Shown here piece by piece: positions 1 to 13,465 of a DNA stretch of 64,000 nucleotides (its first letter is position 1; every line of letters begins with the position of its first letter). Both the position numbers and the translations under genes were made by a program. Under the pieces are notes generated by a model. It was not told the origin of the DNA, ran no database searches, and worked only from the letters and a program-made list of their open reading frames with translations. Origin of the DNA: Saccostrea cucullata (lineage: Eukaryota); the NCBI RefSeq assembly GCF_032062105.1, contig NW_026941340.1:1-64000 (forward strand). Reading direction: 5' to 3'.

Positions 1-1229
1 AATCAATAATATACGATTTAAGAAAATTTTTAGCCACTGCGCCACGCGAGCAACTGCAAATGCATTATGAAATATAAATCAATTCAAAAATGTCAATCAA
101 TGACGTCTCCTGAATTAACGGAGCAAACTATGTGTAGTGCTCGAGATATCGCAAACATAGATCCAAAATATGCATAATAAAACATGTAGTATGTAGGGTA
201 TCCACGACATTTGTCTACAAATAGCTATTTGGAATTTTAGCCTTAGACCTCTGTAAGAAGACTATACGGGAGAACGGGAAAAAGACTATCGACGAAAACT
301 TTATCCAGACTTTAAAGTACGTGATTGAGAGTGACTAATGTGATGCAATATCTCATAAGTAAATGCGTTTTTAGTTTTAAAACAAAAAAAAATGCTTTTA
401 CTTTTTTATGGAGTTTTAGCTTGACAAGAAAAGGTTAGGGATGTTGAGTAGTGGAACTCAAACTGCACAGGGAATCTTGGGAGAATGTTGAGAAATGAAG
501 CTTATATTATTTTAAGAATGTCCGTGACTTGATAACGACAATATTTGCTGCTCCGTGACTTAATAATATTTCCTGAAAAATCAACAAAAATTGATATCAA
601 TTAACAAATTTTTGAAAAAAATTGAAAGACATGAAAAAGTTTCTTTTATGTATGACATTTTGCCCGATTATGTCAAATTTTATTTTTTAAGTGCAACAAT
701 GCGTAATTCTTGAACGTCCCAATGAATGTTGAATGTTCCAATATAATCCACCATAAAATTTAGATTAAAAGATGAACATTTTTGAATGGCTGATTGTTTG
801 ATTAATACCCTCATTTAGGCATTGTTCATGTCTTTAGAAAAAATAGATGTCTTTAAAACGGTCAACACAAAATACTGGGTCGATATGATTATCCATCAAT
901 CTCTTCAGTTCGATTGACATGCAATAGAACAAAGATCTTTGAAAATTGTCTTTTAAAATTTTAAATAAAACTGACAATGGCTCTATTAACATGTACCTCG
1001 ACTTAAACACATACATTAAATACGCCAACTAGATCCTTAATGAGGATACTTTATTGCAGAAAAAAGAGCAATATGACACAGCAATAGCTAGTTCTTCAGA
1101 GAAACAATGTATTTGTAATAGCTAGTTCGTTCTGTGGACATGTCTATTCTTAATGTATAATTTTGTCCATAACCTTTATCTTGTTGTTATATTTTTTATT
1201 AAATGTGGAAAAAAAAAACTTTAAAAGGT

Positions 1230-2430
1230 GAAATGAGAACTACAGACATTTCCTTTCCTAGAGCTTTTGATGTGATACGATGTCAACTTTGTCCTGGAAA
1301 AGAGAGGAAATTTCAAGCAGAGGAAGTGAAAAAAACCCTTTTGAAGGGAACCTTTGTAATAATTCTTTAAAATAACCAATCTTAGTGCACTGTCCATCAG
1401 AAATTAAAATGTGATGTGTTTTGCGAAGACTGCAATGTTGTATTATGCAAGAAATTTGTTAAGGAGGCTGGGGGGTCAGAAATTTAAACATAAATTAACC
1501 ACCAGATTTAACTTTTTTTTTTAAAATAGGTATCTTAAGCTGTCATCTATCATTTGGCAAAGAAAAAATTTAAATATTTTAGTTTTAAAATTTGATCATT
1601 TTGTATATCTTTATATGGAGCTCTTTTTTTAAGGAATCAAAATAGTCTGAAAATGGCTGCCACACCCCAGCCTCGTTAAATCCGGATCACACACGCATCA
1701 CAATGTCCTACAGTGACCAAACAGAATAAATTTTGAAGGAAAGAAACCCCCACATGGCAACCAGAAATACTTTCCTAGCTGGAGCTTTGGATGTGATACG
1801 ATGTCAACTTTGTTCTGGAAAAGAGAGGAAATTTAAGCAAAGGAAGTGTGTAAAACCTGTCAGGTGTACCTTTGTACTGATTGTGTTGATCTTCATCTGA
1901 TGGTTTCCTTCAAAAAACTCCTGTCACGTTACGTTTCCATTTTTATGAAAAGTACTCACTTACTTGCTGTGTCCACGAGGATGAAATTGTGTTTGTTCTG
2001 TTCGGATTGTGATTATGCAATCTGCTCAATTCCGCACTTTAGGATATCATGAAAACCACTGCATTAAACATAAAATAGATCCTCTGGACAGAGCACAGAA
2101 TCTGATACAATGTCAAATTTGTCCTGGAAAAGTCCGGAAGTCCTCAGCAAAAGAGTGTGTATTACCTGTAATGTCAATCTCTGTCAGAATTGTTTAAATC
2201 TTCATATGCTTGATCACTCGGTTGAACATGATATTGTCACATTCAGATATAAATTCTTTCAAATCAACGAACTTCCCTGCACTGTCCATAAGAATTTACA
2301 AGCGATGCTTTTTGTAAAGACTGCAATACTGCATTATGTGAGATATGCACTAGATTTGGATCACACAAAAATCACAATGTCCTACAGAGACCAAAGGAAA
2401 GAAACCCAAGCTCAATACGATTACAGGTAT
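1230..2430 (+). pseudogene. Decayed TRIM-like gene with three tandem B-box units
   Basis: Three similar units start at ~1250, ~1770 and ~2080 (DVIRCQLC, DVIRCQLC, DPLDRAQNLIQCQIC). They are followed by C-x2-C-x4-C-x2-C-x3-H (CKTCQVYLCTDCVDLH; CITCNVNLCQNCLNLH) and B-box2-like motifs (CTVH..., FCSDCDYAIC). Frameshifts, stops and a MITE insertion disrupt the frame. Confidence 0.75.
1463..1675. mobile_element. 213-bp TTAA-flanked MITE (Kolobok-type) inside B-box sequence
   Basis: TTAA|GGAGGCTGGGG ... CCCCAGCCTCG|TTAA. The flanks rejoin into sequence similar to the uninterrupted B-box unit at ~2320-2390. Confidence 0.8.
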
Positions 2431-2574
2431 TTCCATTCTTTTGTCATTTGTTAAATATCAAGTATTCAATACCTATATTTCTCGTTTAAAGTCATCATTT
2501 CGTAAGTTGACCTTGTCAGAAAATACAATTTATCATTGAGTCAAATGCTGACTGGCGTTTTTCATATCAATTGT

Positions 2575-2915
2575 AAGTGCATTATTTATACACTGAATTG
2601 ACGACAGATTTTTTCCGTTATTTCCTGATCATGACAACGAGCACATGGCGGATGTGCCCGGGTCGGCAAGGGATGCTCACTCCTCCATGGCACCTGATCC
2701 TACCTCTGATGTTTGGAGGTCCGTGTTTGCTTTTTCTCCCTGGGGGCCATAAAATTTGGGACGAGCTCACTTTTGATCTCAGTCTCACTTTTACCAAAGG
2801 AATATATAATGAAAAAGTGAGACTGAGATCAAAAGTGACTCGTATAAGTTTTATTCCCCCCCAGCCTGATTTTGTATATTGTTTAATGGACTTTGGCATT
2901 GAATACTGTTCGTTA
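2575..2915. repeat. Fragment of a common oyster interspersed repeat (probably retroelement-associated)
   Basis: Motif GGGATGCTCACTCCTCCATGGCACCTGATCCTACCTCTG...GGTCCGTGTTTGC, recalled as a recurrent oyster repeat. The family is uncertain. Confidence 0.45.
2742..2862. mobile_element. ~120-bp hairpin MITE related to the Harbinger element at 20231-21261
   Basis: GGGGCCATAAAA ... TTTTATTCCCC ends. Internal CTCACTTTTGATCTCAGTCTCACTTTT / AAAAGTGAGACTGAGATCAAAAGTGA motifs are shared with the subterminal regions of 20231-21261. Confidence 0.7.
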
Positions 2916-4495
2916 TTTCCATATCCTTTTTTAAAAAGCTAAATCTATTTCAGTTGCTAGTATAATACCAACCAAGCCATATTAAAATATTATATTTTTT
3001 TCCTGCCAAACAAATGAGCTTGTTTTTGTAAAAAAAAGAGGCAAAAGACAAAAAAAAATTTGTAGATGTGGAATATATCATTTGTTAAAGTAAATGAAGA
3101 AAGAAGTAAAACAGAGTTAACAGAATGGTGTCAAAAAAAGGGGAACTCAGCAATAGCATATTACAAATCTAAAGCAAAATATTGCCAAATCTGAACCTCG
3201 GCACCATAATGTCGTTAACTTGATGTACATAGGAAAGAGGTGGGCCAACCGGTTATTATAAAAATTAAAACCCCGTATTTTTTTTTTTACAAGGTATAGA
3301 ATGTTTTACAGTGTGCCCGTTGGGGGGAGCGCAGTTGTACCTTCAGAAATACACCTGAGACATGATCCGCCAACTTCAAACGTCAAGTCGCATGAGACAT
3401 CTAGACTGTGACGTCACGCGAGAGCTCTTCAGGATTTACGGAACCAGCCAAAGGTCTAGTTGAAACTATAAACCTAGTGCAATTTTTGTCGAAAGACATT
3501 GCAGAGTTTTTTTTTCTTCTATAGATTTTTACAAACTAAAGGGCCCTTTTTACTTAACGTTATCATTAATTTATTTATTCACGCAAAGGGTATTGTTTGC
3601 AAAGAATTTCTGTGAATTTTTCACAAAAAAATTTTTGACGTATGTCACAGATTTAGCGTCGCGTGTTTTCCAAGTGACATTTAAAAATAAAACATATATA
3701 ATTTCCATAAACCACTGCCTGTTATAAAAAGTGGGTAAAATAAAAATAACAAACATACACAATTCAATAAGAGATTAGATCCTCTAACCAAAAGGATTTA
3801 AACCCTACAAGTTCGTCTGATTTCGTTACAAAACACACACCTCACTTTACTGTTTACAAATATCTCCTGCAACTAACAAGTTTATCATATTGTCCAATAT
3901 CATCAAGATTGTAAAACAACAAAAACTGTACAAGCTATTTTTTTAAAAATACATGTAGTGATTAAGAAAAAAAAAAAAATCAGCAGTTCTTTTAAATTTT
4001 TTATATCGGATTAATTTTTATTTTTATTTTTTTTTTTACGATTTTGATAATTTATTTCACTACATGAAAATCAAAGAAAAACGATACCATTTTAAACTTG
4101 ATCAATTCCTCAGGTAAATGTTGGCTTCATAAAATAAAAATTAATTTAACACACGCATCGTTTATATTTAAAAATGTATTAATTTTCAATTTTAGAATAT
4201 AAAACACGAAGTGTGCAGAGTACGTTTTTATCCAGAAGTAAAATTCGATGTTAAAAAAAAAAGGGACCTGTCGTTGTTTCATAGTAAATGATAAGTAACT
4301 TTATATATTAAATATAAAAAACATATATATTTTTACAGATTCACTTTACGGAAGTAAGTACCGGTATATTATGCATCTCGTAATTTATAAACGGAAAGAA
4401 CATTCTGATTAACAAACTTTTCAATGTTTAGAAAACCTTTAATTCTACATAACTACTCCCACCCCAAACCCCATACACCAACACTTAAACTTATA

Positions 4496-5314
4496 TACTG
4501 ACACGCAAAAGAAACGCAACACCCTACTTTAGGGAGAAATAATTATGTAAAGTAAAGAATTTTTTATCTTAAAATTATGAATATCTTCAATTTGGTAAAC
4601 ATCGATAATTTAACGGTTGAACAATTTCCATACCAAAACCGGAAGTCAAGTTTGAGTCTGCTTAACAGAAATCAAAAATTGCATGTTTAAAAAATAGTTG
4701 GCAATAATATTGAGTTTTAAAGGTTTTGACTGTTCATCATAAGTAATGCAGAAATATTTAAAAAATAAACTCTCCTTTCGTTTCCAGTAACATGCTAAGG
4801 CTACTTGAAAATGGCTTATGTACGCTTTCCATTGCTCTAGCTGGAACATTTCAATGTAAAGGTGATGGAGAGTTGCTGATGCGAAATTCACTACATTACC
4901 CCCAACGGGGTCTTGCGTATCACTGCATTAAGGACAGTCCTCGTACCTGAAGTCCAAGGGTGGCTACACTGCTCTTAGTTAGAGAAAATTCGACCTAACC
5001 ATCCGGGCATTTAAAAATGCCAAAGAATAATTCTTTCGCTCAGGTCTCATATTGTGAAACCCTTTTTTGCGAAATTAAGCTGCAGTTGTCGGTTAGGGCA
5101 GTCTTGCACGTTGTACTTGAATGGCTGGGAGGGGGTGTTTAACAGTCATATTTCACTTAGTAAAGTTAACAGATAAATATTGAACAATTTCATCAAATCT
5201 CTGATGTTCTGAAAAGTGAGTTTAGCCTTACTTTATTCGCTTTTGAAAATCATAAGATAAAAAAATTAAACATTTGTAGATTACTGTTTGTTGCGTTTCT
5301 TTTGCGTGTCAGAA
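4496..5314. mobile_element. Non-autonomous Tc1/mariner-type TIR element
   Basis: TA|TACTGACACGCAAAAGAAACGCAAC ... GTTGCGTTTCTTTTGCGTGTCAGAA|TA: 25-bp TIR with 1 mismatch and TA flanks. No transposase ORF. Confidence 0.8.
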
Positions 5315-6104
5315 TACCGGTATGTATAAACAGCCTGGTCCTCCGGACTGCAATAACTATTAACTTTTCAATAATTTTCAATATTCAATGAATACCTATA
5401 CACAGAGTGGTAGGCGAAACCTAGTGATAGGATGCTAACTCGGTGATTTGGAGAATTCGGATTCTTTGTCCCCCTTCTTTTTTAAATTTAAAAAAAAAAT
5501 TTTAAACCCGAAATTTTATAGATAAAATGCATGATTTTTTTAATGCTTTTTCTGAAATGTTCTGATTAGCTGCCCTCTGTCGCTTTCAAAAATAAATCGA
5601 TTTTTACACGTGTGATTTAACCTGACTGTTTTAAGATAGGTTTTTGAGTCTTGCCATTTTTAAAACTCATGGTAATTCTTTTATTTGTAAGCTTTTTAAT
5701 AGAGTGATCATGTAAAGCCATGGATAGTCCATCAATATCTGATTACATTTAAATTCTTTTTGACCCATCAGGATAAATTATATTTGATAACAAAGCAATA
5801 TCCAAAATTTTACATATTATGACTTTAAATGAAATTCCTGTAACATCAAAATATCTACCAAAAAGCAAGCTTTTTTTTAAAGATTTATCCTATCGGGACA
5901 TGCATATGAGAGGGGTTTTAATACATGAATTTCTAATACAAAAAAAAAAGAATGGAGATCATTATTGTAAAGGAACTATAAATGTATTATATAAAATAAG
6001 GGAAAAAGAAGAAAAAAAAAAAATTTCTCTAAACTTGAAAAAACAGCACACGTACAGTATCTCAAATTACCAAGATGTGAAAATCTACTGTAAAATTTAT
6101 AAAT

Positions 6105-6372
6105 TTGCGGGGTGCGGAAAGAAAAGTCAGCGGTTCGAATCCCATTGCAGGACATGCATGGAGACCAGTTTTTGGATAAGACCATTAAAAACCGAGATCT
6201 TGCGTCTCAGTAGGTTCTGGCATGAAAAAGGATCCATGTTTACATGTATTTTTTTAAGGCTGAGTATACCTAGATAGTACAGGTCAAGTTTGCAGCCCTC
6301 CATCGCGGCAACTGTGTATTCTCAATATGAATAAAAATTTCTCAAAAGGAATTAAACAAAAAAGAAGCAAAC
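6105..6372 (+). mobile_element. Degenerate tRNA-derived SINE
   Basis: B-box GGTTCGAATCCC near 6131, then body motifs (CAGTAGGT.TGGCA, TTTGCAGCCCT, ATATGA.T.AAAA.TTCTC) and an A/C-rich tail resembling oyster SINE2 families. Confidence 0.55.
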
Positions 6373-6759
6373 ATTCAAAATTGTCTACAGTTATCAATAA
6401 ACACTGTTTTGGTAAGAACTATTTTGCAATTGTCGGAATTAGTCCTTTTCAACACGATAGATACATTATAATCGTCTTAATGGTTAGAAAAAGTTTTATT
6501 AGATCACATATTTGTTTCTTTTTTCCATTTTTTAAAGAGAGTGTACACATTTAGTTCATTTTTCCCAATAATTTCATTTATTTTGTAAGTCAAGAAAGTG
6601 TTATTTTAAAATATAATAGGAAAAAGGACCAAAAGAAACATTAAACATTAACCTCATTGCCAAATTTTAAAGATGAATAAATATGTCATAAATAAATTGA
6701 TCCACCGTGTACCTTTAAGTAAGCCTATTCTTACGAGAGCTGATTTATTCGTCAAAATA

Positions 6760-7350
6760 TTTGTCCCCCGATTTGAAAAGTGGGAGATATTAATTTGGGT
6801 CTGTCCGTCCGTCTTTCTGTCTGTCTGTAGCGCTTTCGTTTCCACACGATATCTAGAGAACCCATTGAGCTTTCGCAATGAAATTTGGCATAGCAGCTCC
6901 CTTTGAACTAAAGAAGAAGCCTATTGATTTTGGGGTCAAAAAGGAAAGGTCAAGGTCATAAATTCGCAAAAATATCTGTCTTACACTTTCGTTTCGGCGC
7001 ATATTCAAAAACCCTTTGAGCTTTTGCATTAAATTTTACATATCAACTCCCTGTGGGCTAAAAAAACCCCCATTGGTTTTGAAGTCAAAAAGGGCCCAAA
7101 ATTCAGGGTCTAAATTTATACATTCTCTCAGTGTATAACAGTATCCTTTCCGGGTGATATTTCAAGAGGATTTTGAGCTTTTGTAATGTGATTTTATACC
7201 AAAACTCCCTAGAACCTCTCTACCCCCCTCAAAGTGTCCGGTCTGGTTTGTTTTATTAGTATTTATTGTATTACATTTCGCTTTTTTTAGCACAGAGGCA
7301 TGAGGAGAGTTAAAAAATTATTTCGTATAAAACAGGTTCTTGGCGGACTT
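6760..7350. repeat. HINE-like segment A; diverged inverted copy at 9388-9808
   Basis: TTTGTCCCCCG...GGGAGATAT start, then a (GTCC/GTCT)n microsatellite. Reverse-complement similarity to 9388-9808. Confidence 0.65.
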
Positions 7351-7688
7351 TTTTCTTTTTCATCTATTAATTAAAACTATTTAACAAGCTAATTCAGGAA
7401 TTTTTTCCAACGCTTAGGGAAAAAATAAACCATGCACAGTTCGGGGAGGGGTGGGGGTGTTTATCCCCCGACTGAATTTGAAGAATTATTAAATGTATAC
7501 ATGCAAAATGAAGCAAAAAAAATATGCCAAGATGGATATAAAGATTTGATTGCTTATTCTTCTTATGTGTAAAGAAGATTCTTTTTATATGGAAAATTTA
7601 TCACACTGTGATGATGATTTTATGAGTTTGTACGAGCCAGACCTTAAACATTTTTCATTTCACATACTGAATACTATCATTTAGTTAA

Positions 7689-8340
7689 AGTCATATACGC
7701 TATATGAACGCCGAATTTTGTGTAAAACAAAATTGATTAATGATTTAAAACACATGAAGTGTAATGAAAAATAGTACTTTCCACAAAATTGTACAATAGA
7801 TGTCGTTGTAATAACAAAACAATTAAACATATCTAGGAATTAAGAATTAAATCTATTCATGAATATTATAAAGGAAGTGCGAAACAGTAGGGCCCTTTTA
7901 TAGAAACACATGTCCACGGGAAATCACAGACAACGAGGTATGTTGCATTTTGACATCAATTATTAATATAAGGTCAATATGCGTCATAAAAGAGAAATGG
8001 TTGATACTGAATACATTAAAAGATAAGTACCATTATGAGTAAGACGCTTGCCATCCACGTCAAAAGTGAGCAGTATCTCAAACGGCCTACCTTGTTTTTT
8101 TTTTTTTTCGCCACTTGTGTTTATCAATCTAAAAGTAGCGACGGCGTCACGTGATGGATTTATTTAAAAATAGCTATTTTTCTTGCCTTGCAGGATAATA
8201 AATATTTATAATTTGATAACTTTGTAACGCGTTTAATTTTAATGGTGTAATTAACAGTATTTTCGTAACTTTTATTGATAAACAAATGATATAAATTTCC
8301 AATCGTATTTTAACTGGCGCAAGTTATAGCGTGTATAGTT
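7689..8340. mobile_element. TTAA-flanked non-autonomous element (Kolobok-type)
   Basis: TTAA|AGTCATATACGCTATA ... TATAGCGTGTATAGTT|TTAA, an imperfect TIR. Absent from the inverted paralogue at ~10000-10045. Confidence 0.6.
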
Positions 8341-8487
8341 TTAAAAAGTATTTCAAAAAAAAAAAAAAGAAAAATTGCATCGTCCGAATGGGAACCCGGG
8401 ACCTCTCACACGTGAAGCGAGAGACATACCACAGAACTGCTTCATGCTGACACAAATTATATGCAAACAAGAAGTCACATATATGTA

Positions 8488-9225
8488 TAGCTGCAATAAT
8501 GTAGCCCTTCCATTTTATTTATCTGATATTTTCTGGAGAGGGCTACAAAATTTCCCTCGCATCTCCGTAATGGTGCAAATATATTTTTTTAATACGGGTG
8601 ATTGGAGGCAAAATGAATTATTTTTACATTAAACTTATTCTTATAAAACGGGATTTTTATTCACTGTCAACAACATAGCCTGTTTAACTCGAAAACATGT
8701 AAAATAAATCTGTGTCTTTCCCAGCTGCAATATTCAGCAGCCATGACAGTTCACGCGTGACGTAGTGAGACTTTCGCTTGAAATTTGGAACAACCAAATA
8801 AAGCAAATGTCGATGTTTATAAACGATTGTGCTATAATATATTACATAAACATCGATAAATAAAACCATTTCAAGTGTTATTTTTGCGCAAACAGCGATA
8901 CGTATGCTTAAAATAAGGGAATTCCTGGTAATGCTCCTATAGAACCTAAATTCTCATTGGCTGTCCCAAAATTTCAATCCATCAAGGTCAGTAAACATGG
9001 CGGATAAATTCAAGTTAAACTGTTGACACACCAAAAATAACCATATATGGGGGTTGTGAATATTTTTGGGTGATTTATGTTTTGCATAATTACATATTTA
9101 GATTCCAGGTAAGAGATAATAATAAAATAGCCGTTTACTGATAATTTGAGCCGAAATCCTTGCGGGAGTGATCCACTGCCGCATCTGCGCCATTATATAG
9201 ATCCTAAGGAGTTGTAGCCCTTTCA

Positions 9226-9259
<34 letters not shown>

Positions 9260-9284
9260 GGAGAGGGCTACATTATTGCAGCTA
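8488..9284. mobile_element. Non-autonomous TIR element with 9-bp TSD (AcademH- or MULE-like)
   Basis: Perfect 21-bp TIR TAGCTGCAATAATGTAGCCCT and the direct repeat ATATATGTA on both sides. Absent from the paralogue at ~9860-9885. Confidence 0.85.
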
Positions 9285-9920
9285 ATATATGTATATTTTC
9301 ACGTTCGATATTGTCAAAAGTTTACACAATCCATGGTGTCTAATTTAACCTTTTTTAAACAGTTCTAATAGATGTAATAAGAATATAAAGTCCACCGAGA
9401 ACCTGTTTTATACGTAATAACTCTGCTCATGCCCCGGTACTAAAAATAGCGACACGTAATACAATGAATACTAATAAAACAAACGGGACGGGGCACTTTT
9501 AGAGGGGTAAGATTTAGGGAGTTAAGTTATTCAATTACATTGCAAAAGCTCAAAATCTTCTGGGAAAAATCGCCCGGAAAGGATAGTGTTTCATATAGAC
9601 AGAGTGTATAAATTTACGACCTTGAACTTTGACCTTCTGACCTCAAAATCAATAGGGCTCCTCTTTTATAGTCCATAGAGAGTTGATATGCAAAAGCTCA
9701 AAGGGTTCTCGAGATATCGTGTGGAAACGAAAGCGTTACAGACAGAAAGAATGACGGACGGACGGACAGACCCAAATAAATATCCCCAACTTTTCAAGCG
9801 GAAGACAATAAAAGTTAAATTAAACACCATGCATTGTGTAAAATTTTGACAATATCGAACGTGAATATAAACATTTATGTGACTTCATTTCTAGCATATA
9901 ATTTTCATTACCGTCAAGGA

Positions 9921-9991
9921 GATCCGTGGTCTAGTGGTATATCTCTCGCTTCACATGAGAGAGGTGCCAGGTTCGAATCCCAGTTGAACCA
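9921..9991 (+). pseudogene. tRNA-Val(CAC)-like pseudogene or SINE head; more decayed inverted copy at ~8375-8445
   Basis: A-box TGGTCTAGTGG, anticodon arm CTCGC-TTCACAT-GAGAG, B-box GGTTCGAATCC and an oligo-T tract. Acceptor and anticodon stems are mismatched. Confidence 0.6.
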
Positions 9992-10579
9992 TTTTTTTTT
10001 CGAAGTATTTTTTTTTTACTAAATGATGTGAAATGAAATAATTATGAGGTCTGGCTTGCACAACACTCATAAATCCATCATTATAATGTGATAAATATTC
10101 CATATAAAAAGAATCTTCTTTATACACAAAATAAAGAATAAGCAATCAAATCTTTATATCCATATTTTATTTGCTTCAGTATGCATGTATACATTTCATA
10201 ATTTTACAAATTCAGTCAGGGTGATCCCACTCGACCCCTACCCTTCCCCCCGAACTGTGTATGGTTTACTTTTTCCCTCATGGGGGACACAAAATTCTCT
10301 GAATTAGTTTGTTTTCTTAAACATCTAACCCATGCTATGACAAACATATTTTTTCTTATCTTCAATCAATATCTTAAATTGACAAAAGAAATCAGGATAA
10401 TGAATTGAATGATCCTGTAGTTAGATCCTTAAAATCGTCTTTTGGAAGCTTGATGACCATTTGAAATTTCTTTCCAACAATAGTCTTTATTATTACTTTT
10501 TTATGGATAAGAAATTTGCAGATTTCTACAGTTAATTTGAAATTCAATAATGTTAAGAGGAACTTTAATGGAAATTGTC

Positions 10580-13465
10580 ACTCTTTATATACTCCTATTA
10601 TTTGCACCGCGGTGCAAATTAGTTTCGAAGGTGGGAATTGCTAAAATTGCAGTTTTAGAGTGATCCCTCCAAAAATATCCAAGCCCCATTTTTTTCTACT
10701 GTAAGCCCCCAGAAAGAAACTCTTTTCCCGGGAAATCTTCCCTTTCAGAACGTTTTAAGCTTGATGAATTAAACGTCGTCTCTCTATATATACTCCTGTT
10801 ATTTGCACTGCGGTGCAAATTAGTTTGAAGGTAGATATTGCTTAAATGACATTTTTAGAGTGATTCCCCCAAAAAATGCAAACCCCATTTTTTCTAGATA
10901 TTACCCAAAGAAACCTTTTTTCGGGAAATCTTCCCTTTCTGAAGGCTTTTAGCATGATGAATTTAACATCGTCTCTCTATATATACTCCTGTTATTTGCA
11001 CAGGGGTGCAAATTAGTTTGAAGGTCACTGTTAAGGCTTACTATGAGAATTCAACGGAAAATACAAGTGCAAAAAACGGGATTTTTTTTTAACTGAATTT
11101 ATTTTTATTAAGCTGTTTTATTATCACAGAACTTAAATACTTATGGAAAAAACATAGTATAACCTACTCTGTACTGTATGAAGTATGGTCCCATCGATGG
11201 ACAGTCACGTGATGAATGCATAGTATGTGTACTGAATGTAGGTCATTAACAAATTTTATTATCGCAGGGGCATAGCCTAGTTGAAATTAAAAATTCATGC
11301 TATGAATTGTTTCTGCATACTTTGTACTTTCTGGAAAGTGCTGCTGCTTTGATTAGAATTCGCATTTTAATAGTTAAAATTTTAAGTATATAGGCCCATT
11401 TCGAAATATGTTTGACTTTTAAGAAATATTTTGTGTACTTATAAAGTCATGCTCTTGATTTAAAGAAAGCAGCAGAACTTTTCAAGTTAAGGAACATATC
11501 TTATTTATATTCAAAAAAATAGTCAAGCTTTATTTAGTGTATGCCTTGCGAAAGAACGATTTCTTTAATGAGGCAGCTCGATGTTAAATATACCTAACCT
11601 GAACATAAAAACACGACAGAATTATTTAAATACATTCTCTCGATAGTTGATGAATAATCGCACTTAACAAAGGATATATATTGGTATTATGACGTATTAA
11701 AAACCTGTAATTAATATTCTGCTTTATAGTAAAACGAATTTTTCATTGTTAAAAAATCACAAATCTGCCTCTCACAGCACATGAATTACGTCATTTTTAC
11801 CAAAATGACGTCATGATTGACAAGTTCATCGAGATCAGTGATTTGTTTAAAACCAGCTTGATGGGATTTATCTAGCGACTTTTGTTAATGCATTGGTAAG
11901 TTTTATTGTTGTTTAATATGCTAATACAGTTTTAAAGTTGCAAATTATTTCATTTTAGGTAATATGAGGAATGCATAAAAGTCCATTTTTTTTGTGTGAC
12001 GTTACAGTTAACTTTTCCGTATAAATTAGGCTCCGCCCCCTTTTTTTCTAGCCTTAACAGTGCTGCATAGGAATTGCTAAAATTACATTTTTGAAGTGAT
12101 CCCCCCCCCCCCAAATCTCCAAGCCCAATATCTTCTCTTGTTAGCCCTTAAAGAAACCCTTTTCTCAGGAAATCTTCCCTTTCAGAACGATTTAAGCTTT
12201 ATGAATTAAATGTCGTCTCTCTATATATACCGGTACTTCTGTTATTTGCACCTCGGTGCAAGTTAGTTTTGAAGGTAGATATTGCTAAAATCACATTTTT
12301 AGAGTGATCCCCCAAAATATCTCCAAGCCCAATTTTTCTGATGTCGCCCCAAAGAACCTTTTTCCCAGGAAATCTTCCCTTTCGGAACGATTTAAGCTTG
12401 ATGAATTAAATGTCGTCTCTCTATATATACTCCTGTTCTTGAACCGCGGTGCAAATTAGTTTTGAAGGTAGATATTGCTAAAATTGCACTTTTAGAGTGA
12501 TCCCCCCAAAAATCTCCAAGCCCCATTTTTTTCTGATCTTAGCCCCCAAAGAAACCCATTCCCCTAAAATCTTCCCTTTCGGAACGATTTAAGCTTGATG
12601 ATTTAAATGGCGTCTCTCTGTATATACTCCTGTTGTTTGCACCGCGGTGCAGATTAGGTTTGAAGGTAGATATTGCTAAAATCTCATTTTTAGAGTGTTC
12701 CCCCCCCAAAATCTCCAAGCCCCATTTTTTTCTGATATTAGCCCCCAAAGAAACCCTTTTCCCTGGAAATCTTCCCTTTCGGAACGATTTAAGCTTGATG
12801 AATTAAATGTCATCTCTCTATATATACTCCTGTTGTTTGCACCGCGGTGCAAATTAGTTTTGAAGGTAGATATTGCTAAAATCACATTTTTAGAGTGATC
12901 CCCCCCAAAAAATCTCAAAGCCCCATTTTTTTTTTTCTGATATTAGCCCCCAAAGAAACCCTTTTCCCTGGAAATCTTCCCTTTCGGAACGATTTATGCT
13001 TGGTGAATTAAATGTCGTCTCTCTATATATACTCCTGTTGTTTGCACCGCGGTGCAAATTAGGTTTGAAGGTAGATATTGCTAAAATCACATTTTTAGAG
13101 TGATCCCCCAAAAATCTCCAAGCCCCATTTTTTCTGATATTAGCCCCCCAAAGAAACCCTTTTCCCGGGAAATCTTCCCTTTCGGAACGATTTAAGATTG
13201 ATGAATTAAATGTCGTCTCTCTATATATACTCCTGTTATTTGCACCGCGGTGCAAATTAGTTCTGAAGGTAGGAATTGCTAAAATTACATTTTTAGAGTG
13301 ATTCCCCCCAAAAATCTCCAAGCCCCATTTTTCTCTGATATTAGCCCCCAAAGAAACCCTTTTCCCGGGAAATCTTCCCTTTCGGAACGATTTAAGATTG
13401 ATGAATTAAATGTCGTCTCTCTATATATACTCCTGTTATTTGCACCGCGGTGCAAATTAGTTTGA
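10580..13465. repeat. Satellite array, ~200-bp monomer, ~10 copies, interrupted by a TIR element
   Basis: The palindrome TTTGCACCGCGGTGCAAA recurs at ~10603, 10803, 10996, 12246, 12441, 12638, 12838, 13042, 13240 and 13440, with conserved sequence in between. Confidence 0.95.
11026..12062. mobile_element. CACTG...CAGTG-ended non-autonomous element inside the satellite
   Basis: 13-bp TIR CACTGTTAAGGCT / AGCCTTAACAGTG interrupts the monomer at GAAGGT|AGGAATTGC. No clean TSD (extra bases CTGCA on the right). Confidence 0.7.

Noticed and set aside
9921-9991. Functional tRNA, including an alternative TCA-anticodon (suppressor/Sec) fold
   Set aside because: The stems are mismatched, there is no long variable arm, and the paralogue supports a decayed Val(CAC) register.
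12539-13351. ORFs in the satellite
   Set aside because: They are translations of the tandem monomer, with no domain signal.
10580-13465. CRISPR-like array of regularly spaced palindromes
   Set aside because: The intervening sequences are copies of each other, not unique spacers. The context is eukaryotic and there are no cas genes.
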